This document shows positions 11,161 through 25,050 of a stretch of 38,139 bases of DNA, one piece after another (position 1 is the stretch's first letter; the number at the start of each line of letters is the position of its first letter). A program made the translations under genes and the position numbers. Under the pieces are notes generated by a model. That model had not been told where the DNA came from and did no database searches. It saw only the letters and a list, made by a program, of their open reading frames with translations. This DNA comes from Catajapyx aquilonaris (taxonomy: Eukaryota), in the NCBI GenBank assembly GCA_000934665.2, contig KZ538981.1, positions 1-38,139 on the forward strand, given 5' to 3'.

Positions 11161-13630
11161 ACTACGAAGGAGGCATTACAAACTTGTTTTGAATAATATA
11201 TGCGAGCATATAATTATGGGAGCTTGGGAAGAGAAAGAGTTGTTGTTGTTGATGTTTTTTATTATTGTTGTTATTATTCCACAAGACAGTATACTTCGTA
11301 CATGAATTCTCACCTTGTTGTACGATATTACAAATTACTAAAGCAACAATAATAATTATTGCGTAGTAAATTAATACGTCTATCATATGAGAAACTGGTT
11401 GGAAATCTGACATTGCGAACACATCCTCAAATAGAACAGCTTTCCGCAACCTTTTACAGAACCATAATTACAGGCCCCAAGCAGAACCTTCAATTTCAGT
11501 ATATATCTTTGCGCTATGGATTTAAATCAGTAGCGTCATACCGCCCATGCCGGCTTCATAATATACACTAAGCCTACATTGCACTTGCAATAAAATAATA
11601 AATTGCTAGTGGTATGCCACTCCGGTCACCGCATAGTATCGCAGGTTGAATGAGTCAGTGGTCAGTACTATGCATCGCAATGAGAAAAATGATGCACCTA
11701 GAAATAGCCAAGTAGAATAATTATGATTGCACATCATACATCACCGTCAACAGTTTTTTGTTGTTGCCGAATGTGAATATAGAATCAGGCGAACGAAAAC
11801 AAACTTTGTCCATGCAGAGCTGCGACAATGAGGGGAAAAGGAAGGCGCCTCAGGTCACCAGCACCCAACAGAGGTACGTGGGAGTCGGAGGGGAATAAAG
11901 TACCACGGAGTGACTACTAATAACTATTTACACACTGTATTTACACTACTCAAGATTACACAGAATAAGGGCAACAAGGGGAAGGAGAGACGGTGGAGAA
12001 GGCAGATCATTCACATGCTTCAGACGAACACAACGACAGTGATGAACAATGACATTGTAAGGTTGTCCATTTTTACGAATGAGGCATTTTGGCTATGGAA
12101 TACAATGCGGATGTGGAGGCAAAGTACAGATGGTGCGGTAATATACAGTATTTCAGCGCAATCTATAGGCAAATAATATTAATCTCTCGGCAGTTACATA
12201 TTGCGTCTTATTTCCCTTTTAACCACCTTCAGTCATTGCGCTAACAGACTTATGCGTAATAATTACGTCATGGACTATGTACCAGCTTTATTTGAGCCGG
12301 CCTAGGTGGCATTTGGCATACGCCTTGTACGTAAATATATCTATGCATGTAGAATTTTCATTGAACCGTAAGTGCCTCTTATTTCAGCATTGTTTCACCT
12401 GTCCTGTTGACACATGTGTTGGCATAAAAATAGGAGGAAATCGTTATTGCAAACCTGGGAACAAAAACACTGTAGCCTATACGGTGAGACTGACTGTCAG
12501 ACTTGCAATCAAGTAATCTCGCGAGCAGCAATCTGAAACCACAACTCTCATAACCTCACCTGGGTATGTGACATACAATATAATTATTATGCGTAATATT
12601 ATTAGAAGTCTAGCACGACAACATGAGTTGGTCTGTAAATATTATTTTTAACAAGCCCTCGTGCTAGAAATATGTGCCACATCTGTTTTGTCACGATAAA
12701 AACGTATACTACAGTATAACACTCTCTCCCATCGCAAGTGGTAGTGTGGAATGCCTGCCCAACCCGCAGGACCATCCGCAGGACCAAACAACCGGACGGC
12801 GGCGTGGTGTCGCGGTACCAACAATTTGGAGCAGATGAGACCTGCCGAGAAGGGTAGACACTGGAACATCCAGCCAGGACATAGCCGCAGCAGAGTTCGG
12901 GCTGCCGATGTGCGACCGTTGTTGCTGGGAATAAAGAGGCTCGTTGGAGATTTGTCAACGGGGCGTAGGTCACTTTATGGACTTGCTGTCGTGGAGAAAG
13001 GGCTGCGCGAAGCTGTATACCGTTGCACCGGAGGGCAAGGTGGGGCCCGGGTGTGATGCGTGGGTGCTGCCGTCAGAATCGTAAACGCCATTAGAAGGAA
13101 AACCAATAAGAGGAAGCCGACGACGCGACGTTTGTAGTAGACGCTGATGACCTCTTCAAGCGGTACGCGTGTCCCAGCAGGCCATCAATTGAACAACACC
13201 TCCAGAAGTAGCTGCCGATCCAGGCACCGCAGAACAACCAGCAGGTGTTCCCAAAAGTGACCAAGTCAGAAGAGAGGGTCCGGGAGGCCAGATCAAAGCC
13301 AGATGCCAGATTGTCTCGGGGGCAACAGCCAACAGGACAGACTGGTCCTGCCCGAATAAAAGGAGCACCTCACCGACTGCAGTATTCCTAGATGACGAGC
13401 ATTTGAAAGACGGTGACCTTCAATGAACAAGACTAAAGTGGCGTTCCACCTGCTGTGGTGGGACGAGATGTTTCTCGTCCTGCTAAATGCATGGTGTCAT
13501 ATCATGGCAACAGGATACGATTGACCATTAACTGGTCAGTTGACGTTGATTTTGTATTGTTTGTGCTGTTGAGAATTTCAGGTATACATTCCTTGTAGTG
13601 TTCCTCGCGAGTTGGGTCGAGGAATATTTC

Positions 13631-13708
<78 letters not shown>

Positions 13709-16700
13709 CTTGTTCATTATCCTGCACTTCTGGCCCAGTAAATGGTGAATGGCTTGGAGCAGCTCTGCAAGTGTTACCTATAGCTGAGTGTACAGTATAT
13801 AGACAAGGCGAAATGAATGGGAACGAGACTGACACTGAGCTTCGTGAGGACGAATTTATACAATACATTATGACTGTATGGTAAGGGAAGTTGTCACAGT
13901 CATATTTCGTTCCACTGAAGAAGCCAGTTCAAAGAGAGAGAGAAACCTTGCAGACACTCTGACCTACTTGCGCCGGGCACAATCATAATGATAAATCTTA
14001 GTAATATATTATTTTGAATCTATAACCTTACCTAGCTGAACACCTCATAGCTTACCCACAGGTATACTGGCACTCAATGAAAAGACACCACCAATATATA
14101 TATTCCATGATGTCAAACTCTACACGATATCACAGAACACTGAGAAAGAGCTATGAATACCTGCATGCCGTGTTCTCAGTATGATAAAACATTATTCACG
14201 TCCTCTCATTTCGAATCGGACCCGGAACAAAAAAAGATATGAGAGAAGCGCACTTATCTTGCATGTAGTGCGGAAATTGCACACAAAAGGCCGCAGAAAT
14301 TTCCATTATTGAAACCATATGGAGACCACTAGAAGGGAGAAATAAAACTAGAAAGACGGTTATCTCTCTTGGTTTCCTGACCAGCAGGGTCCTATCCATC
14401 ACGGATAACGCTGCAGATGTGCATATTTTTGCAGAGGTTCCGCCATAAGTTCGCATGTAGGTAGAGGGATTCATCAACTGAAGTTATGCTTTCTAACACA
14501 ATGCTGCATAAATGTAATTATTATCACAGCTACATGTACAGTATACATGGCACCTACATACCCACCTTATTTACAACTAACAAAGTGTGTGCACGACACC
14601 GAAGTGGATGAAGACACCCCACACAGGACCAGGTGGCGCCAATGAAGCAGCCTTCATTGAAAAAAGAAGCATTCCTTATTTGGTTGGAAATAACTGTCAG
14701 GCCAGCCCACCATCTTCCCCACCCCTCAGTCTATTGATGCCTGAGTTGCAGGTACTTATTTAAATATGACTGTGTGAACTATGCACATTACTTTTCTGCC
14801 ATGCAGTTATTTTGCAGCATTACTTCTCATAAACAATAACTTGGGACCCTTTTAAATAATTATAAACCTTTCTCGTTTTAGCTCATACGTGTCGCAACCC
14901 GACTGCATGTTGGCTTGAAACCTCATATTGCACCTCTCAATGCGATAAGTACAGGTATACCACTTCAGTTAGTGTTACAGGGTAGATTTAATCCACCTTG
15001 GCTTTCTGTCAGAAACTGATGGTGAGATAAGTGCAAGTCAGACAAGCAGTTCCTTTCAGCGAGTACTCAGGCTCATGTGTAAGCAATATGAAGAATCACA
15101 TCGTGTGCTATGCCACTTATGATAGGATAGCTGCATGTCTTCATAACAAGATTTACAACCATAAGTGAAAGGAATGCCAGTATAGGTTCAGGTCGACAGG
15201 GCTATATTCCAATTCACCTACTGACTTACGTGGACCTACATATGACGTATTCGCGATAAGGACGAATGGATTGGACAGAAGTCGACCTTCCACATTATTT
15301 GCGTTCTGTTCAAACCGAGTATGGCTACCAGATAAGAGGGTACAAGTTTCATAGTTTAACCTACATAATTATCCGAGTTAAATATCGCTAAAGATAGGAT
15401 TTCGAGTCGATTCACACAACCATCCAACGGATAGTATTATTTTTGGGATGAAGTGGAAGCAAGGCAATAAGATTTGTGAATTCCATCCCCGCGACAGCCG
15501 CACTCGGCAGGTTACATAGGCTAGAATAAAACGTAGCTACGAAGGACGTTCTAAAAGTACGCGACTCTTTCATCATGAAGGAGGTTGAGACAAGACATTA
15601 AAATGGGGCACCACGTAGAGGCATTCAGGCAATGATCGCAGGATATTGCATCATCCTGAAATGAAACATATGAAAAGGAAGGAATATCGAGAGCCGCTGT
15701 GCAAAGTGCAGTGAGTCGTCAAACATGGTCAGTTCTGAGTAGCTAGCCGTCATCAAAAATATTTCACGCTTAAGAAGATGAGGAGCTGTGGATATCCACA
15801 CCGCATCCACGGGTATACGGCCATGGCTGCAATCTAAGGAACGCTCCTTCCGGCCCGTTCCGACCACTGCACTGCCCCATTGCTTTTTCAGGAAAGATAC
15901 ACAATAGCGCCTTCTGACTTCTTCTCGTCCCCCAATATGGAAACATAACTTCGTAGAATGGTCGGTGGATCTGAATCTGACGAGGTTGCTGCTTTTTTCA
16001 AAGACGGGCTAAGAGAAATTGGAGCAATGCTAGACGACGTGCTTCAAGATACCAGTAGACTGAAATAAAATATCACTGTGTGCCTATATACCTTCGCACC
16101 CATACCTTCGCACCCATTCAGGCCACCCCTCGTACCTCGCAGAGATGACCTCGAACCTCTCACAGCGATGATGCATTTCATAGGTAAAATACCTAGTATA
16201 GAGTAGAAATACTCTCTCTGGTCAGTGTGAGTATAGCCTACACACTGATACACTATCTCCAGCGCAGGGGATAGAGATTCTCCAAAAAAACTGCTGCTTA
16301 TTTGCCACCGTGAAAAACGACAACAACTAATACTGTATCCGACTGGGACCCGCACGATATGCATGTAGGCCTAATATTAAATATATTGCAGAGTGGTACA
16401 GAAACCAGCCCTGATGACGCACGCAACATACTGTGCAAGACAGCGCACCCTGTAGGCTATACTAGTTGATGGGGTGAGAGGAACACACATTGGTGATCGG
16501 TCCGTTTGTGATGCTGCTGCACCATATGGGAAAGCCAGGACTGTGTGTGAGTGAGGGAAAGGTACAGCCTTGTGAAGCACTAGGCCTCCAGCTGGCCATC
16601 AGGAACGACGCGTCGCGACGATCACCTGGAAAAGCTCACTCTCAGTCATCATCATAGCCTAGGGACGTATGCTGTCTAACTTGGTGCTACCCAATAACAC

Positions 16701-17799
16701 CGCGAAGGAGGCCTCAACAGTGATCATCGCGATCATCATCATCATCATCATCATCAATGAGTATTATTAACAATAGCACTTTTCAGGGAAAGAAGAAAAG
16801 TGGAATTTAACTTGGGCCACTTTCATCGCGATTTCAGACTGTGTGCCCCATCAGGACAGCATATAATATCGTCAACCTCAGAGAAACTACGATTGAGGAC
16901 ATGCTGCTTATGACGTGAAAGGAAGGAACTCAGACTGAAGCCAGTGTTGTGTTTTGTTGAGTCAAATCATGGCCCACTGTCCTCTGTAAACTGGGTGACA
17001 CCATGAATCTACATCAGGCATTGTTAAGACATTCTTTGCTTCATACGTAATAAGAGGAAAAGAACAGAAGCAAATGGGAAAGATAACTCATCCAAATCTA
17101 AAGTTCACATTCAGGCGCATTAAAATGCCTATTAAACACCAGATATACCACTCATCAGCCCATAAAGCAAAAATACTGCACTCTAGCTCAAATATTACTG
17201 AAACACCTTTTCCCGATGAGAGACAGAAATGTATTTTTTTCTATTCGAAATTATTAATTTGTTTTCTACGTTAGAACATCATCATCATCATCATCATCAT
17301 CATCATTATTTATGACAGTGTTGTTGCTGTTATCGTCGTTGTCGCGTCGTCACACGAACGCTGCTGATATTTCAGCTTCTAGAGGTGATTGTAAGACATA
17401 GATTGATAGTAACTTACTCGAATTGTTTCGTAATGGCATTGTTTTTGTATAGGAAGCAGTTTAGTGCGACTTTCGAGGCGGATTGAAATCACCGCAGGTC
17501 CTAAGCTGTTTATCACTTATGAAAGTTCCAGGAGGGAAAAATTATCACCTTGACTCAGCATGAAATCCGTATTTCACTCCAGGGTCTATTTGAGATGTTC
17601 CTGGCCTTTTCCATAAGCTGCTTCCAAACGTTTATTTTTACGAGTAGGTCTACATATCAAAATAATTATGATCTGATAATATTAGGCTGAATGGAGCCTT
17701 TGAGTTACGCCTTGAATTATTGCAACAATGGACGTCTCAACGACTGAACACGCCTCAGAAGTCTGTCAGAAGTTGAACCCACTTGCTTTTAAGCTAAAC

Positions 17800-18300
17800 C
17801 ACTAAATCTTAGGAGCTAAAATTATTGATGCTAGAAAGTAACTGTTACCCTATAGCCTCCTGACGCCCCGCGTTCAGCTTATCATACAGCTTATCGTGAC
17901 AAAATCGCTATATGAAAATAATCTTCAAAATATTATTGGAATACTCTGCGCAAAGCAACCGTGTTGGAATCGACCCTGCAGCACGAAAGAGGCATGCAGC
18001 CAATAAGGTCGAGAGAACGAATGGACGAATAGTTAATCCTCGTCCCATCTAGATGGACACTTTCGGCAACGACTGCTTCCATCAGATCTAAGGTTAAATC
18101 CCAGAATGTGTCATGTAGCATCATTCTGTTCATGTCTCCCAGCAAGTCATCGATTCATTCCGCATATCTCAGATATCGACTGGAATTTTACCTCAAAATT
18201 TCCAAGATCAAAAGGACTGTTGCAGTGACCACTGCAGTGTGTAGGTATCACGCTACTTCTGCACACGTGAGTTCGGGTGCACTCGTGCACACAGAAACAT
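17800..18300 (-). pseudogene. Vertnin-like OTU relic
   Basis: VIPTHCSGHCNSPFD (cf. LPL.C.GDGNCLF) then LMEAVVAESVHL...INYSSI..L...RVDS...LRRVF, in two overlapping ORFs. Confidence 0.45.
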
Positions 18301-18473
18301 ATGAATTTCTCATGGCTTAGCCTTATACATATTCTGATCATTGATCCATCTACTTCTAGGACTCGCCTAGTTTGTGCTAACCGCGCAAATTATCATATAT
18401 AGTTATCAATATACATAATAATCGCAACCCTCACTAACTGTAAGTAAGAAGCATTTGTTCCTGGTTTTGATCA

Positions 18474-18540
<67 letters not shown>

Positions 18541-18849
18541 CATGTTATTGTCGTTGCAACGGCATTTACTGCGCTTAAGTGCAAAGTAACGGTAATGAAA
18601 GTGTACTTAAGTTATGCACAGTTGTAGTTACCGTCGAATTCAAATAATCACACTACGCTTTTGCTACCAAAATACTGTGCACAGTTAAAAACATTACATC
18701 AGAAAACTGGCTTATAACTTCTCTACACAAGGGAATTTTAAATGCATTAATCAGCAGATGATGCGGCGGCTCTGCAGCGGTACATGAAGGCCATAGCCCT
18801 ACTGAACGTACACGGGAAGAACCGTGGATATCAAGAAGTGAAAATGATC

Positions 18850-19227
18850 AGTTACAAGGTACGCTTTGTGTGCCTATATGGCATATAGTCGTGTCCAGGC
18901 GGTGAACTGAACCGACAGTCCAACATCATCAGATGACAAGTCTGGACAGATTGAATGCACCGTCATTCTGTGCTTCCGATTGTGTGTGTTCGCCTCTATA
19001 TACGGAGTAGCACATGGGGAGCAGCACTGAGAAATTTTGCAAGTCAAACTGCAACTCTGGTTTACATCATATACAAATATGTACAGCGATACTGTACAAC
19101 ACTCTTACAGCAGTCATGCAAAACTCAACTTTCATGTGATAAGCCTTTCATTTATTCCAGCCCGAAATCTATAGCGTCACAGTGCCGAGCGTATAGCGCG
19201 GATGTGCCACTATATAGTAAGTTTTAA
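18850..19227 (+). pseudogene. OTU-like relic
   Basis: KVRFVCLY...QHHQM, then YIRSSTWGAALRNFASQTATLVYI (cf. TWG..E..A....IY), then KPFIY. Confidence 0.4.
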
Positions 19228-19924
19228 TAATAAGCAACATTGCGTCAGGGCCAATCACGTGGCCTATAAATTTAGGTTTTTATAGGTTCAGGCGACCTGA
19301 AAGACTGCACGATTATCAGTACACTGATAGGTCTGTGGCACCAGACCGTTCACAAGGCCAGAAAATGACTGTCAGGCCAGCACCAACAGGCTCCAGCATT
19401 GTTTGGAGAGACAATTAAGCAATTTTTTTAAATGAAATGCAATTATTGAGTTGTAGTGTTCAAATTAGTGTCGCAAATAGAGGAAGTCAACGCATTCTGA
19501 CCACTTCAGTTGGTGCCGCAGCAAACATGACCGTCACTTCATATTATGAAAAAGGGGAACCGCTGCACCGCTGCTTGAGTAGAAGATGAAACATACAATA
19601 TATTATTTTGTCTTCACACGTATATTATTGGATATCGATTCACCTAGCAGGGGTTCTTGGCCACATTTTCTACAATAATTATGATTAGTTACTAACGACC
19701 ATGAGGAGAATTTTGACTACTTCATTCGGACTGAAACTTGTCCATTGTCATGATTGTCGTCAACACTGCTTACAAGGTGACACATCCGGATAATTTCGGT
19801 TTATCTGACACTGATGTAACGTAGTATTATGCATTTGTACTTCCTTATGAAAAGTACATGATGCTTCTGTTGATGCTGTTGCAATACAGTAAGAGCTAGG
19901 ATAATATTTTGTAAATTGTACATG

Positions 19925-20400
19925 ACACCTGGGCCATTGAGGAATCAAGAAGAGGAATGAGTAGTGGCCGTGTCATCAGTTTGGTGCAGCGGGACGAGTC
20001 CTTGCTGATGCTCTCTCATTTTTACCATCCTTGGAACGACCAATGATTGGAGCTGTCCGCATGAATACGTAGGCCTACGGTACACACAATGCACATGATC
20101 AAGAGAGACCGGGACCATGTTTATATGGTGCATTGCTGGAATGTGTGGAAAATCCCAATCCCCTCTGCAAGTACTTCAAGAACGAAGACCTCTGCCTATA
20201 TACCTATACGCCACAGAGCACTTTATACTTCTGGTTGATGCAAGCATTCAGCTGTACTGTACTTTGTCATGCTTTCTCAATTCCCACTGCCAGACGGTAT
20301 TATGTAACTAAATGCCAGAGGTAACTGGAAATTCTCTTGAACAAGAGATGCATTCTTCAAACACACATGACTACACTTTTTCAGCCTTCCTGACTCTCAG
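19925..20400 (-). pseudogene. OTU-like relic
   Basis: LLFKRISSYLW...CINQKY...HGHYSFLFL across frames. Confidence 0.35.
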
Positions 20401-21426
20401 ATTATATCATTGGCTGATATTTCTGATGGAATATGGATCCGACGCATGTGGATAGATAATAAACGACGCAAAAAGTTCCATCCTATGTAGAAATTTCTGA
20501 AAAATAAAAACATTTGTCACAAAACAAACAGTTCGACTGAGCTTCATGAAGTGAGCAGAGTTCTAGAGAGTGACATTTCGTGGACCACAGATGATCACAC
20601 CGATCAATACGTATTGATTGTCGCTTGCTATTCACAGTCTCGTTGGCAAGAATATTTTCTTTCAATGTGTTGTCCAGCATGTCCAAAAGGGTTTGCATCC
20701 ATCTCAGCACATGTATAGTCTAATAAATTGTCTGAAACTTCTACGCTTCTTGTGAAGAGCACATATTATGCAAGATTTTGATCATCAGCCAGCAAACACT
20801 GCTCACCTATATCACTGTCAACGTCGCGTCCGTTGGATAATTTATTCTCAGTGATGGCATTGCTCTACATGCTGGTGACGAGAGACATTTAATTGTGACA
20901 CGGAACCTTTCATATTTTTGTCTTGCATCACTCTGTGACTCCTGCCATGGGTCGCGCCATTATACCATTTGATTATACCTTCGGTGCGACGCAATGAAGG
21001 TTTATACTTCACACAGCTAATTCCACTACCATCATGGGAAAAGAGCAGGGTTTCAGACGGTCTTGTATAGTATTTTGCATACAACATTGTGTATTGTATG
21101 TTTCTCGGAATTGGGGCTCCGGAAACCATGGGACATCCCTACATAACCTGATCCTAAATGTGGTCCACTGCCCAATAATACGGGGCATGATCATATACAG
21201 CCATACAGTATAGTTCAACCGCTCTGCATGCCTCTTTACACATGCCGTAACTAATAATGTTGTAAAATAATTATATTCCGGATAACGCTTGGTATATTGG
21301 GTCATTCAGTATAAACACCTACTGACCTGCAGTCCCATATTATGGCCTGTGACGCTTCATGAGCAATTAATGCGTCAGTTTGACGAGTCACATTCCATCA
21401 GCTAACCATCTGACAGGATTAAGATA

Positions 21427-22459
21427 CAGGGTGAACACTGTAACTTGGGCAAAAATCACAGGGTGGGTAGTGTAGACCAAGACAAGTATTTTTGACATAG
21501 GAACCCATGTCCGGAAATGCCCCCGTACGGGGGTATGGCCGTTTCCCACACAATATTTGGATGCAGCCAAAGGCCTGAACAACAATGATCGTTGCGCCTG
21601 GTGGGTAGGCAACCGTGTCAAATGCCAATGGGAGGATTCTATTAGATCAAGGTCAGCCAACTCTGTTACACAGATTTTACAGTCATGAAAGATGGAACTA
21701 ATGGATGACACAATTTTATTACCATGTGTTACAAAAGGTGCTCGAAATGCCCCCCATCGACTTCGATGCATTTTTGAATGCGTGCCTTCCACGCTGCTCG
21801 TATTCGTTCGAAGACGCCCTTATGCTGCCTAATGGCCTCTGCGGCCATTACGACTCGCGCAATCAAGTCCTCTTCGGTGGGCACCGGCGTCTGGTAAACC
21901 AATGCTTCCATGGCACCCCACAGGAAGAAATCCAGAGGGGTGAGATCCGGAGACCTTGGTGGCCACGCGATAGGCCCTCCACGCCCTATCCACCGATTGT
22001 GGAATGTTTGGTCCAAGTGGTCCAGGACAACCCTCCCCCAGTGAGCGGGACAGCCATCTTGCTGCCACCACATGTCGCGGCGCAACTGCAGGGGAAAATC
22101 ATAGAGATACTCCGGGAGCTGTTGTTGGAGGAAGATGCGGTAGTTATGCGCATTCAACTGGGCAGGCAGCATGTATGGCCCTAGTAAATGGTCACCGACT
22201 ATTCCCGCCCAGAAATTTACATGGAACTTCTGTTGGTATCCCCGACGTCCAAGAATGCACCTCTGGAACGGTTGCCTACCCACCAGGCGCAACGATCATT
22301 GTTGTTCAGGCCTTTGGCTGCATCCAAATATTGTGCGGGAAACAGCCGTACCACCGTACGGGGGCATTTCCGGACATGCGGGTTCCTATGTCAAAAATAC
22401 TTGTCTTGGTCTACACTACCCACCCTGTGATTTTTGCCCAAGTTACAGTATTCACCCTG
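21427..22459 (-). mobile_element. Internally deleted Tc1/mariner DD41D (rosa/Visitor) transposon
   Basis: TA TSD at 21425-21426 and 22460-22461. ~190-bp TIRs (21427-21616 and 22268-22459) starting CAGGGTG. Encloses the transposase C-terminal half. Confidence 0.95.
21729..22250 (-). pseudogene. DD41D transposase, C-terminal catalytic half only
   Basis: VNFWAGIVGDHLLGPY...WQQDGCPAH...RWIGRGGPIAWPPRSPDLTPLDFFLWG...GGHFEHLL. There are 41 residues between the 2nd and 3rd Asp. The HTH domain and 1st Asp are deleted. Confidence 0.92.
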
Positions 22460-22926
22460 TATATTGCTATCCGACGGTTTCTATTCCAAATATGCTCGCC
22501 TGCCGCTGAAGACTCCTTATGTTCCCAAGAGTAACATCTTCGTAAGGTTGTTGGTTATAATAAGCGCCCTGTCTGGCACTTGATAAGCCGAAGCAAGCTC
22601 ACGCTGTCATCTCCAGACAACTGTCTTGTACCGTATATCAACTGCACATGTCATGGAAAGAATAAGGACCAAGATAATAAATACAGATGACGACCTTTCA
22701 TGAGAAGGCTGCTCCAGCCTGTGGGACTATAACCTAACAGAAAGTACGACCAATCCTGACAGTCTGCAGACACCCTTCATTGGGAGAGCTGATCCAGGAA
22801 GCGCCTCTCATATAGAAACCAAGTATGAAAGCAAAATTCCCTGCACATGAATGGGCTGAACTCTTTAACTCATCAATGAGTGTGATATGATTATGGCAGC
22901 AGCCTAGTAAATACCTCGCTTCAATA

Positions 22927-22997
22927 ATGATGACGCTGATGACGCTGATGAAGATGATGATGATGATGGCGATGATGATGATGGCGATGATGATGGC

Positions 22998-23075
<78 letters not shown>
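22927..23075. repeat. (GAT)n microsatellite with GCG/CGC interruptions
   Basis: Direct reading. Confidence 0.95.
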
Positions 23076-23309
23076 ATAACAATGAAACGCTCTTCCATGG
23101 TCCAACATTCACTTGGTTTAACCCTGGTTTAACAGTGTTCGAATTTTTATATTTTCGTACAGCTCCTCCATTTACAAAAATGTCACCCAGCGAGACCTAT
23201 ACGATGTACTGTACTACATACAAGCACGTTATATAAAATCACCCTTGCGCAAGCTTATGCGAGTCAATCTCGCCAGTTATGTAATAAAACCTTTTAGAAC
23301 ACCTGACAC

Positions 23310-23636
23310 TTGGTCACTCGGATATTGGGAAATTGTTTACGATTAAATCAATTACTAAGGATATTTTTTCCTGGTGGTGCATCTATGCTCATACTTTCAC
23401 CTTTCATACTTTCATACTTTCGCGAAGCCCTGCACTTATTGCACCATATGTCGCAAGGTTCCGCTATAATTATTCTATGCGTTAAAAGGCACTTTGGCCA
23501 CTCTAAAAGGCTCGCCGTTTCTTATCTCGCTCTCTCTCTCTCTCTCCAGGACGGACACCCGAACACCCATTGTCAATTTGTGAGTACCATTCGTAATACA
23601 GTATATTATGTTAAACATTATAAGTGTATGTCGTAA
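23310..23636 (+). pseudogene. OTU-like relic (best single-frame example)
   Basis: One ORF carries GNCL near its start, LHHMSQGS centrally and TVYYVKHY about 95 aa after the Cys, matching OTU Cys-loop/His-loop spacing. Confidence 0.5.
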
Positions 23637-24049
23637 AGACTCAATAAATGTCTTACTATTTCTTACTCTCTGGGTCTGATCATCGGAAAACTTGAACGTC
23701 AACTATAGAAATCTGGGCTAATCACATTTAGGTTGATGACACCTACACCCCCAATTCCCCTATATGGTGGAAGTAATCAGAAAGTACTGTACATCTCAAT
23801 TGATGCTGGTATGCGCCCTTTAAAGGAACCCGGACACAATCATGCAAAATATGACCACGTACTGTACCTTTGACCTTTCTCTGAGTCACTAATGATTTGT
23901 ATTATACTCGCACTCTATGTCACATGAAACTAAATCGCAATAACTGTGCATTCACAGCAGTAGGCCTACATATACTAGACTGCTGTATGCAACAGATTAT
24001 AGGCTGTAGTGTTCATTGTGGGAGATGATTAAATTCTAACACATGTCGG

Positions 24050-24420
24050 TCTTAATATTCCCCTTCAAGCACAAAATGTGTAGTAGTATCCAGCGAGTTC
24101 TTGGGCGAGGAAATACAAGCGACGTTCATTTCATATTTGCACCACAGGAGGTGCATGGCCCAAACTCTACGACGCGACGGCCACAGAAGACGGGTAAATC
24201 ACACAAATGAATGTGGCAGGAATATCCAGCTGGAGAGGAATAGTATATTGTGAGATGTACTAATGACATAAAGCGTAGTTTCCTTCGCTCTGAGCATGGT
24301 CATAATGCAAAAATGGCTCCAACAGTGTCAATATACCATCATAATATTCATACAGAAGGGCTATTACTCGATATTCAATGAGTTGCGCACACCTTTATTT
24401 CAAATTAGTACATGTTACTT
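24050..24420 (+). pseudogene. OTU-like relic, inverted distant paralog of the triplicated unit
   Basis: TCTTGGGCGAGGAAATACAAGCGACGTTCATTTCAT resembles the reverse complement of ~30845-30885. Peptides FISYL...LRR, AGEE, TIIIFIQKGYYSIF. Confidence 0.35.
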
Positions 24421-24679
24421 GTTTGTGTATATTTCAGCAATTCAGCTATTTTACGACGTTGTTAGCCATATACTCTGTGTCCATTTTTAAAACATTATAT
24501 TCAAAGGTTGTGACCATAAAGGGTGCCGCAAAGCCAGCACGGGTTGGCCTGAATTATTACAACTCTATCCCCAAGGCAAATACCACCAGTTTAATTCAAA
24601 CATTACACCTTGACGTATAATAATTATGAGGTCAGACTCTAAAAACTAATTCCTACACAAAATCACAAGGAGTACAGGC

Positions 24680-25050
24680 TAGTATTCGTCACATTTATCA
24701 ATATGCGTCAATATGCGAGAATCCGTAAAAAGGTGCACGTGTTTCACAACCACTGGAGTATATTTCGAGGCATACTCGCACTTTTCACTGACGTGGTCAA
24801 GCTGGGGCACTGAAGTTAAAAATGGCATAATGTTGCGCATATAACTACTCAATCGGATGTGCTTGTAGCGGAAAATCAATCAAGAATCGGCCCAAATGAA
24901 TAGAAACCTGTTTCTTGCATGTTAATATTCGTAATATGATATCGTAAAATTCCTTTAAATATGAGCTGGTTATCCAGAGAGCAACGAAGATTGTTGAGAA
25001 CGTGCCTTTTCTCTCTCTTAAAAACACACCCTGGTTATTGGACGTTGATT
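24680..25050 (-). pseudogene. OTU-like relic
   Basis: FSTIFVALWIT...ILRIL...KYTPVVVKHVHLF..., with weak nucleotide resemblance to 31570-31640. Confidence 0.3.

Noticed and set aside
16405..16450. Hammerhead ribozyme core (CTGATGA-stem; also CTGAAGA at ~22506 and CTGATGA at ~4695)
   Set aside because: No GAAA after stem II and no convincing stems I/III.
21705..22534. Plus-strand ORFs of 159 and 176 aa
   Set aside because: Antisense shadows of the DD41D transposase and its TIR.
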